A stretch of 64,000 bases of DNA from a virus: the IMG/VR virus record IMGVR_UViG_3300042305_002088, positions 39,279 through 103,278 of that record; one strand, 5' to 3'. Below the pieces are notes generated by a model, which was given only the letters and a program-made list of their open reading frames with translations, did no database searches and was not told where the DNA came from. The stretch's first letter is position 1; each line of letters begins with the position of its first letter. The position numbers were made by a program, and so were the translations under genes. Below, one piece after another: positions 29,154 through 38,984 of the stretch.

Positions 29154-29840
29154 ATGGCACTTCCTATTTCAATTAATAATGACCCGAACTTCCCGCCAAC
29201 AGGTGCAGGACCTTATAGAATTGATAGAACCTGGTGTTTAGGTGACACGTTACCATACTTAAACGGTAATACTACAATTTTTGCAAATGAAATTAATAGT
29301 TTAGGTACTGCATTAGCTTCTACTAGTGCTAATTTAGTTACAGGGTATACAACGCTTGTAAATTCAACAAGTTCAAATTTAAATAATCAAATTTCTGAAA
29401 CCGGGAAAGTGCTTCAAGTAGTTGCTCAAACAACTGATTTGTCCCAACTCGGCGGAGCAATTACCTCAATAACTGATACAGGTATACCCGCTCTTACTCT
29501 TACTCGAAAAAGTACCACATCCAAAATATTGATAGACTTAATAGGAGGCCGCGCCTATACCAACTCACTAGCGCCTGCTCGAACATATTTTTATATTCAA
29601 TTAAATGGCTCGGGTAGTTATGTAAATATTGACGGTAGTGGTAGATCTGTCGAATATTTAGATTCCAGTACTCAAGTCTGGACTCCACATTCAGCTCGTT
29701 ATTTTTATACACCGATTTCTACAACAACTACTATAAGTTTAAAAGTTTATTATAGTATAAGTACAGCTGCTTCAACTTTCTGGCATCATGTTGGTACTAC
29801 AGCAGAACCGTTTATATTAACAATGTCTGAAATCGCTTAA
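29154..29840 (+). CDS. Short fibre/adhesin-like virion protein
   Basis: N-terminal 'CLGDTLPYLNGN' anchor shared with the three genes at 53825-55683. C-terminal 'GKVLQVV...ILTMSEIA' fibre-head domain. Confidence 0.6.
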   Translation: MALPISINNDPNFPPTGAGPYRIDRTWCLGDTLPYLNGNTTIFANEINSLGTALASTSANLVTGYTTLVNSTSSNLNNQISETGKVLQVVAQTTDLSQLGGAITSITDTGIPALTLTRKSTTSKILIDLIGGRAYTNSLAPARTYFYIQLNGSGSYVNIDGSGRSVEYLDSSTQVWTPHSARYFYTPISTTTTISLKVYYSISTAASTFWHHVGTTAEPFILTMSEIA

Positions 29841-29844
29841 TAAT

Positions 29845-31836
29845 CTACTTGATCGGACAAGCACCGCCTGCACATTCCATACTTTCAATATCCCCTTGAC
29901 CGATATTAATTGATGTAATTGACTTAACTTTTTCAGTTAACTTCTGATACTCTTCTTCAGAAATCTCTTCGTACGGTGCTTGTGCAAATCCATGCTCATT
30001 ATGAAGCAGGAATGATACCGATTTAATAGATGTCTCGTAGTTGTATTCAAGCCAAGCTTTAATCTCTTCTAGCTCTTCTTGTTTATAATATACTGTAACA
30101 GACACAGCATTATCTGACCAATAGGTTTGAAGCTTCTTAACTAAGTCAAGCTGCTGAACAGCTGTCATTGATTTAGCTACTACACATTCATTACCTGCTG
30201 AACAAGGAAATGAAACAACTACAGTTGAATGGTCATCTTTACCATCAAAACCGCGAACATATTCTACATGATAACCAAGATCGCGGCAGATATTAACAAG
30301 CTTATCTCCAGACCCCATTCTCACTCTACGAATATAGAACGGTGAATAAGCAGGGTGAACCCCAGGTGTTGAACCTGCGAGTAATGAAAGAGTACCAGAC
30401 GGTTTAACTGTGGTTAACTTAATTGATTCAGGATAACCCTTATGTTTTGACCACTCTTTATCAAATTTACGAAGAGCCTCATAAGCCTTATCAAGCCATT
30501 GAATCTTCTCATCTGAACACTGACAGATGCCGGTAACACCGAGTCCTAAACGCATGTTCTTATGAACAATCTTATTTGTCTCATCATGAATAAAGGGCAT
30601 CGCTGCTGTTGCTTTTTGTGTCTTATAAAGCAGAGTAGCACAGTCAGTCAATTCTTCAACAGATGTAATATTGTTAAGATATAGCTCAGACAGATTGCAG
30701 CACTCATAAGATGTTAAAGAGATTTCTGCACAAGGGTTAGTTCCAAGTACGTTATCTTCATTTGTAGGATAGAGCTTAGAACTCTTCATAGGACCATCTT
30801 TAAGACGACCAAACTTTTGAGATAAAGGAAGATTAAAGAAGCCGTAAGGTTCCCCTTTAGCAAAACCTGTCTCTTTATCTACAATATAACCGTTAGTCCA
30901 AATTTCACTAGAAATATGAGAAAAATCATCGGCATAGATTGTATTATTGGACATTGCTCTCCAGTTAGGAATGTTACCCAATGACCAGTTCTTAGCTCTT
31001 AGATAAAGATAATCATCCGGGTCACCAAGAGCGATTTGCGCTGAACGACGTACATTTCCAGCCACTACAATAGACCCAATAATATTACAGATATCGAGAA
31101 CATCTGTAGAACGAAGTTTTTTACCTTCTCTTGATTGAAAGATCTTAGAAATCTTTTCAATACCTTCAATAAGGATACCAGGACCAGAAGCCGTACCACC
31201 AAAACCTGAAATACGTTCACCGGAACCTCTAACTAAGATAGTTGAGTAACTAAATGATTTACCAGTTACATAATAAGCGTCCAAAACTTTACGAAGCAGT
31301 TCAACCCAACCAGAACGTGAATCAGGAACAATAAAATCAGCATCCTTAGTGCATTGATGCTCAATAGATACACTCTTCTTAATCTTAGGAAGTTCGTGAA
31401 TGTCTTCTCTACGGATAGAGAAACCAACACCACCTCCAAGCATTAAGTTCTCAAAAATAAAGAGAAAAGTCTTCGGGTCGTTAATACTGCAGTACCAGCA
31501 GTTAAGTAAAGAGTTAGCACCAAACTTCTTAACTGTTTCAGTACCTAACTGCCAAAGCATTCTACCAGCAAAGTTACACTTGAGATTAAAAACTAAATCA
31601 TACAAACGTTGAGCTTCTTCAGGTGTATAGTCAGCACCAATTTCTTGCGCACCATTAATACAACGAGCCACTGTCTGCCACCACTCCTCAGTATTGTCTG
31701 TACCTTCTATTTTTCTAGCATAGGTTCTTTTATAGACAATATATCCTAATCCGTTGAAGCCCCAAGGCACTTCTTTATTGATATATTTTTGTAGAAATTT
31801 TTCTGGTAACAGGTCAGAGGTATAGTTTGTAATCAT
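29845..31836 (-). CDS. nrdJ: Class II (adenosylcobalamin-dependent) ribonucleotide reductase, monomeric type
   Basis: YKRTYAR, AGRMLWQLG, LLNC, GGGVG, VAGNVRRSA, TNPCAEI, VKPSGT, terminal CAGGACP. Confidence 0.93.
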   Translation of the reverse strand: MITNYTSDLLPEKFLQKYINKEVPWGFNGLGYIVYKRTYARKIEGTDNTEEWWQTVARCINGAQEIGADYTPEEAQRLYDLVFNLKCNFAGRMLWQLGTETVKKFGANSLLNCWYCSINDPKTFLFIFENLMLGGGVGFSIRREDIHELPKIKKSVSIEHQCTKDADFIVPDSRSGWVELLRKVLDAYYVTGKSFSYSTILVRGSGERISGFGGTASGPGILIEGIEKISKIFQSREGKKLRSTDVLDICNIIGSIVVAGNVRRSAQIALGDPDDYLYLRAKNWSLGNIPNWRAMSNNTIYADDFSHISSEIWTNGYIVDKETGFAKGEPYGFFNLPLSQKFGRLKDGPMKSSKLYPTNEDNVLGTNPCAEISLTSYECCNLSELYLNNITSVEELTDCATLLYKTQKATAAMPFIHDETNKIVHKNMRLGLGVTGICQCSDEKIQWLDKAYEALRKFDKEWSKHKGYPESIKLTTVKPSGTLSLLAGSTPGVHPAYSPFYIRRVRMGSGDKLVNICRDLGYHVEYVRGFDGKDDHSTVVVSFPCSAGNECVVAKSMTAVQQLDLVKKLQTYWSDNAVSVTVYYKQEELEEIKAWLEYNYETSIKSVSFLLHNEHGFAQAPYEEISEEEYQKLTEKVKSITSINIGQGDIESMECAGGACPIK

Positions 31837-31901
31837 AAATTTGACAAAGAATGTGTAGGAATAACTTAAGCTATTCTACGCCAAAAAACTAGTAAATCTA
31901 C

Positions 31902-32447
31902 TTAGTATTTTCTCTTTGGCGAATTACCTGCACCTGGCTCTTTATCATTCCACTTTGTTCCGCCAGGAAGTTGTACATTTTTGTTTTGCAGGTTAATATC
32001 AAAATCAGCCTTTTGTTCAGCTTCTACCTTTTCAGGTTTAATATTAATTTTAGATTTACGACGAACTGAATCAGGTACCGGGCCTGTATTGATACCATCA
32101 TCTTGAAGCTCCAATATCTCAATAGGTACTGTCATTGGTGTACGATAAAGACCTGGAGCGTATTCTACAATAACATCTGCATAAATACTATCAGGAGATT
32201 CAGTACCACCACGATAGTTTTGAGTTGTTGTTGGATAGATTGATTTAATTGCGGAAATTCTTAAGTTAAGATCAAAACCCGGATCCATACAAGATTTTAC
32301 AACATCGATAAAGTTTTGCCCTTTACCTTTCATAAAATCTGATTTTAAAGCGTCCTTTTTAAAACGAACACGGTCTCCAATAATAAAACCGCCCTGTTGA
32401 TAACGCTCCAATAGATTTTCGAATAAGACATCAAATTTAGTTTCCAT
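31902..32447 (-). CDS. Hypothetical late protein (possible internal head protein)
   Basis: 181 aa. Divergent TAAATA at 32462-32467 (minus). N-terminus METKFDVLFENLLE. Confidence 0.6.
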   Translation of the reverse strand: METKFDVLFENLLERYQQGGFIIGDRVRFKKDALKSDFMKGKGQNFIDVVKSCMDPGFDLNLRISAIKSIYPTTTQNYRGGTESPDSIYADVIVEYAPGLYRTPMTVPIEILELQDDGINTGPVPDSVRRKSKINIKPEKVEAEQKADFDINLQNKNVQLPGGTKWNDKEPGAGNSPKRKY

Positions 32448-32497
32448 AATAATTCTGATATTATTTATGCAACTCTTGCTCTAAATAATAGTGTAAA

Positions 32498-32998
32498 ATG
32501 GCTATTAAGATACAAGCACTAGAAAACATCTCAAAAACATATAAAGACAAGACATATGTTTATAAAGATCTTACTCTTGACTTAACAACCACAAAAATTG
32601 ATTCCCCGGGGGTTTCTTTACCAGTACCTGGATCCGATATCAAAGCTTCATTTGATTTAGCAGCCATAAACAACTCTCTAACAAATCTTTTTAATACTCT
32701 TCCTGGTCAGAGATTTTTATTCCCCGAATACGGACTTAATTTATATCAGTTTTTATTTGAACCTGTAACACCTGAAAACGGCGAACTTATTGGCGATGCT
32801 GTATTTCGTGCAGTTACAACTTTTGAACCAAGAATAACTGTCAAGAACATCAATATTTCAGTAGACGCAGATAATAATCAATATTACGTTACAGCTATTA
32901 TTCAACTACCTATACTCAATCTTATTGAAGAACTTGACTTTGTTTTTAATATTAAAAAACAATCTTTTATCTCTTTACCCGTACAAAGAAGAAAATAA
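32498..32998 (+). CDS. gp25: Baseplate wedge protein (gp25-like)
   Basis: YKDL, AINNSLTNLFNTLPGQR..PEYG..L..LFEP, FEPRI. Confidence 0.9.
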   Translation: MAIKIQALENISKTYKDKTYVYKDLTLDLTTTKIDSPGVSLPVPGSDIKASFDLAAINNSLTNLFNTLPGQRFLFPEYGLNLYQFLFEPVTPENGELIGDAVFRAVTTFEPRITVKNINISVDADNNQYYVTAIIQLPILNLIEELDFVFNIKKQSFISLPVQRRK

Positions 32999-33001
32999 CA
33001 T

Positions 33002-34903
33002 ATGGCAACTAACTCACTAAACAACTTCGATTTACCGAAAAAAGGCTATGCTGCCTTTGACGCTCTATCTTTACGACAACTTATTATTGACCGACTTAAC
33101 GATCAAAAAACATTTACCGATCAAACTTATCTAGGCTCTAATCTCGCAGCAATTATAGACATTGTAGCATACTCCTATCATACTTTAATTTACTATCTAA
33201 ACAAAACTGCAACAGAGTCAATGTTTACAGAAGTTCAGCTTTATGAAAATATTAACCGCATCGTTAAACTTATTGACTACTCCCCGGTAGGTTTTCAGAC
33301 ATCAACTCTTTCCTTTACGTGTTCTGCTTTAGGTCCTACTCAAACTGTGGAAGGCCTTCTAGCTGGTTTGTATACAATTCCAAGATATTCATATGTTATG
33401 ACCGGAAATGGTAGTATACCGTTTTCATTTAACGAAGACATTACTTTTAATAAAACTATTGATGGTAATGAAGAACAAACTGAACTAAGTCAGCAAAAAT
33501 TGATATATCAGGGATACTACGTTGAACATCCTGTATTTACAGCGACAGGGGAAGACAGAGAAATGTTTGTTGTAAACCCCGGAGATGATCTAGTAGATCA
33601 TTTTAATATCGATGTTTATGTTAAACCTGCCTTAACAAATAAGTGGGAGCAATATACAAAAACTGCTAACCTTTATCTTGAAGACGGATCTGCTAAAAAA
33701 TATGAAATTCGTTTAAATGGTAATAACCGCTACGAAGTGCAATTTGGTAACGATGTTAATGGCAAAAAACTTTCTCAAGGAGATCAAGTAGCTGTTTACT
33801 ATCTAGGATCAAAAGGTACAGACGGAGAAGTAGGACCTAATGCCTTGGGTGTATCTCGTCTTGTTCGTTTTAATACTGTACAATATAATAGCATTGTTAA
33901 TGACATATTAGACAACCAGTACAACCTCCTAACTAATGATCGAATGAACGCTGTTATTTTTAATAACACTAGTAGTTCTACACCAATTAAGTTAGCAGAG
34001 TCGGTTGATGATATTCGTAAGACAGCTCCAGCCACTTACCGTAGTCAATATCGCCTAGTAACAACGGGAGATTATGAAACATACTTACGCACCAATTTTG
34101 CTAATCTTTTAGCAGACGTGAAAATTGTTAATAACTGGGATTATATTTCAGGTTATCTAAAATACTTTTATGATATTGGCTTAACACAACCGGCTCAAAC
34201 AGAAAGAGCATTATTTAACCAAGTATTATACTCTGATTCATGTAACTTCAATAATATATACTTTTTAATAGTTCCAAGAACAGCAAGTACTAATTTTGAT
34301 TACCTGTTACCCGCTCAAAAAGAACTTATAAGCTCGTCTTTATTAAACGTAAAAATGGCTACTACTGAAAACGTATTTGTAGACCCGGTATATAAGGCTG
34401 TCAGTTTCGGTGTCGCAAGCACCACAATACCTGATGAACTTTATGCTGATAGACCTGCTAATTTCGTTCCTTACCTCTTAACAAACTTTGACCCTGTGTT
34501 AGATGAAAGTGTATGTGAATTACAAGTAATAAAGAAAGCATCTTCTCGTAGAGATAATCAAGCAATTGCAAATGACATTGCTAATGTTTTTATAAATTAC
34601 TTTAGTCGAGAAAGTGTTAACCTTGGCCAAACAATTGACGTACGTCAATTAACTCAAAACATTCTAGCTGTCGACGGTGTAGAAACTTTTTATACTATTC
34701 GCAACGGAGACGAATTTGCTAAAGTTGAAGGTCTGTCACTTTTTGTATGGAACCCCATTTACCCGAGTAACGATAAACAGGTTATAGCTAATAACTTACC
34801 TTTAAGATATTTTGAATATCCGTACTTTAATAATATTAGTACAATAACAAACAAAATTAAAGTAACATCTGTTTCAACTGTTTACGAACAGGTTGAATAC
34901 TAA
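33002..34903 (+). CDS. gp6: Baseplate wedge protein (gp6-like)
   Basis: FTDQTYLGSNLAAIIDIVAY, YEVQFGNDVNGK, ESVDDIRKTAP...QYRLVTTGDY. Confidence 0.9.
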   Translation: MATNSLNNFDLPKKGYAAFDALSLRQLIIDRLNDQKTFTDQTYLGSNLAAIIDIVAYSYHTLIYYLNKTATESMFTEVQLYENINRIVKLIDYSPVGFQTSTLSFTCSALGPTQTVEGLLAGLYTIPRYSYVMTGNGSIPFSFNEDITFNKTIDGNEEQTELSQQKLIYQGYYVEHPVFTATGEDREMFVVNPGDDLVDHFNIDVYVKPALTNKWEQYTKTANLYLEDGSAKKYEIRLNGNNRYEVQFGNDVNGKKLSQGDQVAVYYLGSKGTDGEVGPNALGVSRLVRFNTVQYNSIVNDILDNQYNLLTNDRMNAVIFNNTSSSTPIKLAESVDDIRKTAPATYRSQYRLVTTGDYETYLRTNFANLLADVKIVNNWDYISGYLKYFYDIGLTQPAQTERALFNQVLYSDSCNFNNIYFLIVPRTASTNFDYLLPAQKELISSSLLNVKMATTENVFVDPVYKAVSFGVASTTIPDELYADRPANFVPYLLTNFDPVLDESVCELQVIKKASSRRDNQAIANDIANVFINYFSRESVNLGQTIDVRQLTQNILAVDGVETFYTIRNGDEFAKVEGLSLFVWNPIYPSNDKQVIANNLPLRYFEYPYFNNISTITNKIKVTSVSTVYEQVEY

Positions 34904-34908
34904 TTTAT

Positions 34909-37900
34909 ATGCACACAGTAGACTTTATAGTGACACCTAATATCGGGGATGTTTATGCAACAGGGTTTACTGCTTCTGTAATAACTACAGGTATTTCAAT
35001 TGCAAAGTATATTTGGAATTTTGGGAATAACGAAAATTTAATTTATAATGTTGCTACACCAACTTACATTTATAATTACCCAGGCATATATACTATTACC
35101 TTAACTGCTGTTGACTTTGATGGTCATGCTGCTACTTCTACACAGCAAGTTACTGCTGATTTTGTTTATAGAGATTACATCCGTTTTACACAGATACCGG
35201 AAAAATACCCTGACCCGGGTAAATCCACAACACTACCCTTTAAGGCTGAAATTGTTTGCTCTCAGCCTAACCAACCATTAGTCGTCGATTTATTCGCTAC
35301 TAACTCTCAATCTACACCTTATCAATACATTCCTGATAGATGGAGGTTCCTAAACCCTACATGGAAATTTTTAGATAAAGATCAAAATATTATAACTTCT
35401 ATCTCTGCTACACCAGTACCTCTTTATAAAAACAATACTGTAGTCGGGGTTTCAAGCACCATAGAATTTTATTATGTTGATTCAATCGGTATTACAAATC
35501 CCGTAGAACAATGCCCGATTTTAATATCTGTTACTCTACAAACTTCTGGTTTTAGTAACCCTAATGACTCTAGTTTTTATACATACCCAGGCTACGCTAA
35601 TAACCAAACAGTTCGCGCAGGGGTATTATGGCAAATTAACGATTTATTTCCAAACGTATTGAAGGTGACTGGTAACTATATTGACCCTATACAATCCCCA
35701 CAATGGACTGAGGTACCCACACCTGTTTTAATTACCTGCCACTCAAATCGAAGTTTAGTACTATCTGGAAGTGAAGATTCATTAAGTGAGCCTATCTTCA
35801 CCTACCCGGTAAGTAATGAAGTAGGTCAGAAAACTTCTCTTAATCTAACAGTAACTAATTTGCTGTCTAATGAATACACTGTAGATGAAGCTCCTTTATA
35901 TTTTCAAGCAACAGATAGCGGTGATTTTGACTCAAGAGGGTACGTTTTTACAACTATAACATCTAAAGCTACTGCAGTTAGCGCAACAATTTTAGCAGAA
36001 ACTAACGCATATACCGGTGCTGAATATCCTTCTGGGCAGTTTTATTACCCAAAAGGTTTTGCTCCAAATACAAGTGTATGGGTATCAAATCCAGAGCGTA
36101 ATACCCTTAATAAGATTACCCTTGTACCTTATAATAGTTCTTGTTCTACAGTTAATTACTTCGTAGAAAATAATATTTTAGTAGATGGTCAGGTAAAACA
36201 AATTGAAGTACCTCACGTAAATACATCAAGCACATTTAACTATTCAATGTCTGGTTTTTCTGGCATTTACGGTATAGCTATTGACCCTCGTAAATATGAC
36301 ATTATTGCCTGTGATAGCGAGCTTGATCGTCTATACCGCATATCAAATACTGGTGAGATTTTAAAAACCTTTGAACTTTCAAGTCTTGGTGATTACGATC
36401 CGTTCAAAAAAATGATGGACTACTGGCACTTCACAACACCAGCTCAAAGTCTTTCATCTACAAGATATGCTTTATATAACCCTACATTTATATCAGAAAA
36501 TATTGCAAACTATATTATATCTATCGGTGGAGTTGTGCAGCCTGTTAAAGACCGTTTAATAGATCGTTATGATAGAATTTGTCGTCTAATGGCTAGTCGA
36601 GTAGTTAACGGAAATGTTAACGCTGACTACCCACCTGGAGATGTACCTATTGATATTATACAAATTTTTAGTCCTACTCTACCTACAGAATATATTTCAA
36701 CTTTAGCTTACTGGTTAACGAGCTTTGCCGCACCTTCAAATACGTTCCACTTAACTGATGCGCCAAATCTTTCATCTAATACCAGTCATTATCTTGTAAC
36801 TATTGACGGTGTAGTTCAAAACCCTTCAACATACACAATTAACAATACTACAAAATCCGTTCAATTTACTGAAACTGTTCAGCCCGATTTAGACGTTCAG
36901 GTACATTATATACCAAAACTTAATAACCCAATTACTATTAGTTATACAACTACTAATCCTACCTCATCTATAAGCGTTTCTGCTATTAATGACGATCCGG
37001 AGTCATCATTTATTGTTGCAATAGGGGGAGTATATCAATCCCCAAATAACTACAAATATAACTACTCTGACCAAACTATAACATTTGGTGGCACTATACC
37101 TGGCAGTACACCTGTACAAATAACACAGTTATCAATTAGCGACAAGGTGTATATACCCGCTGCATATACGCCTTCTTATATTTCAATCGATAAAAATTAT
37201 GATATTTGGATATCTCTCTATAATACAGTTTCTGTTTTAAAGTTTGATCAAGACTTTAACTTACTGTTTAGTGTAGCTCCTTCAGGTGTAGGCTGGCAAC
37301 ACGAAGCATGGACAGTACAGCCGGAAGGTATAGACTATCAATTTTCTAGATATGGTGTAGATACTCGATATTCAAACCCGGAAACTCTTCCGCCTGAGCC
37401 CTACATGAAAGAGTTTTTCTTAAGACCGCCAGTTGTTGAAACTGATAGAGAAAATAACTGTTGGGTCACCTATGCGCACCCACTATGTAGTATCTTAACA
37501 AAGTATAGTCCTACCGGGCAGTTACTCGGTCAAGTAAATTTACCGGATTATACTATCCCTGTAGGGATAGCTGTTAATGCAAATAACAACGTATGGATTA
37601 CAAACACTCATAATAGTTCCTATACCTATACCCCGCTTTCCGGTAGTTTGCAATTGTTTGACACCACATCCTTGAGCCCTTTGAGTACTATTACCGGCTT
37701 TACAAGACCTCAATATATAGCTCTTGATAGAGAAAACAATGTTTGGTTTACTCACGGTTTACGCAGAATCGGTTATTACAACCCAACTACAACACAGCTA
37801 CAGATGTGGACTCTAACTCTCACAGGAACGTTTGAACCATTTACTGTTCCTACTGACTCAACCCTTCAGGTCTTTGATCAAGATATTTTAGAAGATGATG

Positions 37901-38979
37901 AAGAACTAAATGGCTTAGCAGTAGATGTCTTTAACAGAGTTTGGATTATAGATGGAATGCAAAACTTCGCCTGGGTTATATCCGCTACTCCAAACTTTTC
38001 TCAAGCACCTATTCGTTACTTTAAAATAAAACCTGATTCTACTATCGGTTATTATGCAGACTCAGAATCAGGAGAAACTTATACAGAATCAGGAGACTAT
38101 TATTATAAATCCGCTCAAGCCACCGGAGACTGGACCGGAAACAGATGGTATCAAAAATACGTAACAGCGCAAATGCTTTCAGGGTTAGCTCTTTCAGGTA
38201 TTTCAGAACCCTTCACAATAAGCCCGTTTGAAAATTCTAATCAGATATACAGAGTCAATGAATCATTTAATGCTTCAGAGTATATGCATTCTTTAGCGCT
38301 ACCTGAAAATTTATATAGTAATACATTATTCTTTGATCAGTTTTTAGGTGCTGCAGCTGGAACGGGTATGTTAAGTTCTTATGAAGACGTAGGCCAGATT
38401 ACTTACGAAAAAATTGCAAACTTTATCAATAATTTTGCCGATATTGATACATGTAATGTCGATCAGTTATTGTCAATTGCTGTTCAAACTGACACAGCAG
38501 CTTCTGATTATGGTGCTACATATCCTACAGAAATTAAAAGACTTATTGATATAGCATCAGTTAGTAGAACAAGACTATGGGGTATTAAAGACGATGTACC
38601 AGTTTTACCGAGAAGCACTGGAAACGAGCTTGACACTCAAACCAGTTATATTACTGCAGGAACTAGAATTATTTTAAAAAGTAAGTTAGATAATACATAT
38701 AGTCTGATACCGGTACCACCGAAAGAAGATAATACCTTAATTTACCCTCTATCTCAGCTATCTGGCTATGGTTTTGTTCAGCCGGTATTAGTAAACTATC
38801 AGTTTTTTGAACTTGACCCTCAATATGATAACACATATCTAGAAAATATAATAGATTGGGATTCCCCGTATACTCTATTAACACCAACAGCATCTTCATT
38901 TAACGAGTGGTATGGTCCAGGTGGTGCTATAGAAACAATGTTTAGATACGTGCTAACTAAAAATCTCTTCACTAAATAA
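34909..38979 (+). CDS. Large baseplate/virion protein with PKD domain, beta-propeller-like repeats and three 'IxGVxQ' modules (gp7 position)
   Basis: PKD 'YIWNFG...YNYPGIYTITL', repeats 'IAVNANNNVWI', 'IALDRENNVWF', 'LAVDVFNRVWI'. Follows gp6. Confidence 0.65.
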   Translation: MHTVDFIVTPNIGDVYATGFTASVITTGISIAKYIWNFGNNENLIYNVATPTYIYNYPGIYTITLTAVDFDGHAATSTQQVTADFVYRDYIRFTQIPEKYPDPGKSTTLPFKAEIVCSQPNQPLVVDLFATNSQSTPYQYIPDRWRFLNPTWKFLDKDQNIITSISATPVPLYKNNTVVGVSSTIEFYYVDSIGITNPVEQCPILISVTLQTSGFSNPNDSSFYTYPGYANNQTVRAGVLWQINDLFPNVLKVTGNYIDPIQSPQWTEVPTPVLITCHSNRSLVLSGSEDSLSEPIFTYPVSNEVGQKTSLNLTVTNLLSNEYTVDEAPLYFQATDSGDFDSRGYVFTTITSKATAVSATILAETNAYTGAEYPSGQFYYPKGFAPNTSVWVSNPERNTLNKITLVPYNSSCSTVNYFVENNILVDGQVKQIEVPHVNTSSTFNYSMSGFSGIYGIAIDPRKYDIIACDSELDRLYRISNTGEILKTFELSSLGDYDPFKKMMDYWHFTTPAQSLSSTRYALYNPTFISENIANYIISIGGVVQPVKDRLIDRYDRICRLMASRVVNGNVNADYPPGDVPIDIIQIFSPTLPTEYISTLAYWLTSFAAPSNTFHLTDAPNLSSNTSHYLVTIDGVVQNPSTYTINNTTKSVQFTETVQPDLDVQVHYIPKLNNPITISYTTTNPTSSISVSAINDDPESSFIVAIGGVYQSPNNYKYNYSDQTITFGGTIPGSTPVQITQLSISDKVYIPAAYTPSYISIDKNYDIWISLYNTVSVLKFDQDFNLLFSVAPSGVGWQHEAWTVQPEGIDYQFSRYGVDTRYSNPETLPPEPYMKEFFLRPPVVETDRENNCWVTYAHPLCSILTKYSPTGQLLGQVNLPDYTIPVGIAVNANNNVWITNTHNSSYTYTPLSGSLQLFDTTSLSPLSTITGFTRPQYIALDRENNVWFTHGLRRIGYYNPTTTQLQMWTLTLTGTFEPFTVPTDSTLQVFDQDILEDDEELNGLAVDVFNRVWIIDGMQNFAWVISATPNFSQAPIRYFKIKPDSTIGYYADSESGETYTESGDYYYKSAQATGDWTGNRWYQKYVTAQMLSGLALSGISEPFTISPFENSNQIYRVNESFNASEYMHSLALPENLYSNTLFFDQFLGAAAGTGMLSSYEDVGQITYEKIANFINNFADIDTCNVDQLLSIAVQTDTAASDYGATYPTEIKRLIDIASVSRTRLWGIKDDVPVLPRSTGNELDTQTSYITAGTRIILKSKLDNTYSLIPVPPKEDNTLIYPLSQLSGYGFVQPVLVNYQFFELDPQYDNTYLENIIDWDSPYTLLTPTASSFNEWYGPGGAIETMFRYVLTKNLFTK

Positions 38980-38984
38980 TAATA

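Noticed and set aside
862-31836. Inteins or introns in gp43, gp41, gp17 or nrdJ
   Set aside because: All are uninterrupted and of normal length, with no splice-junction motifs.
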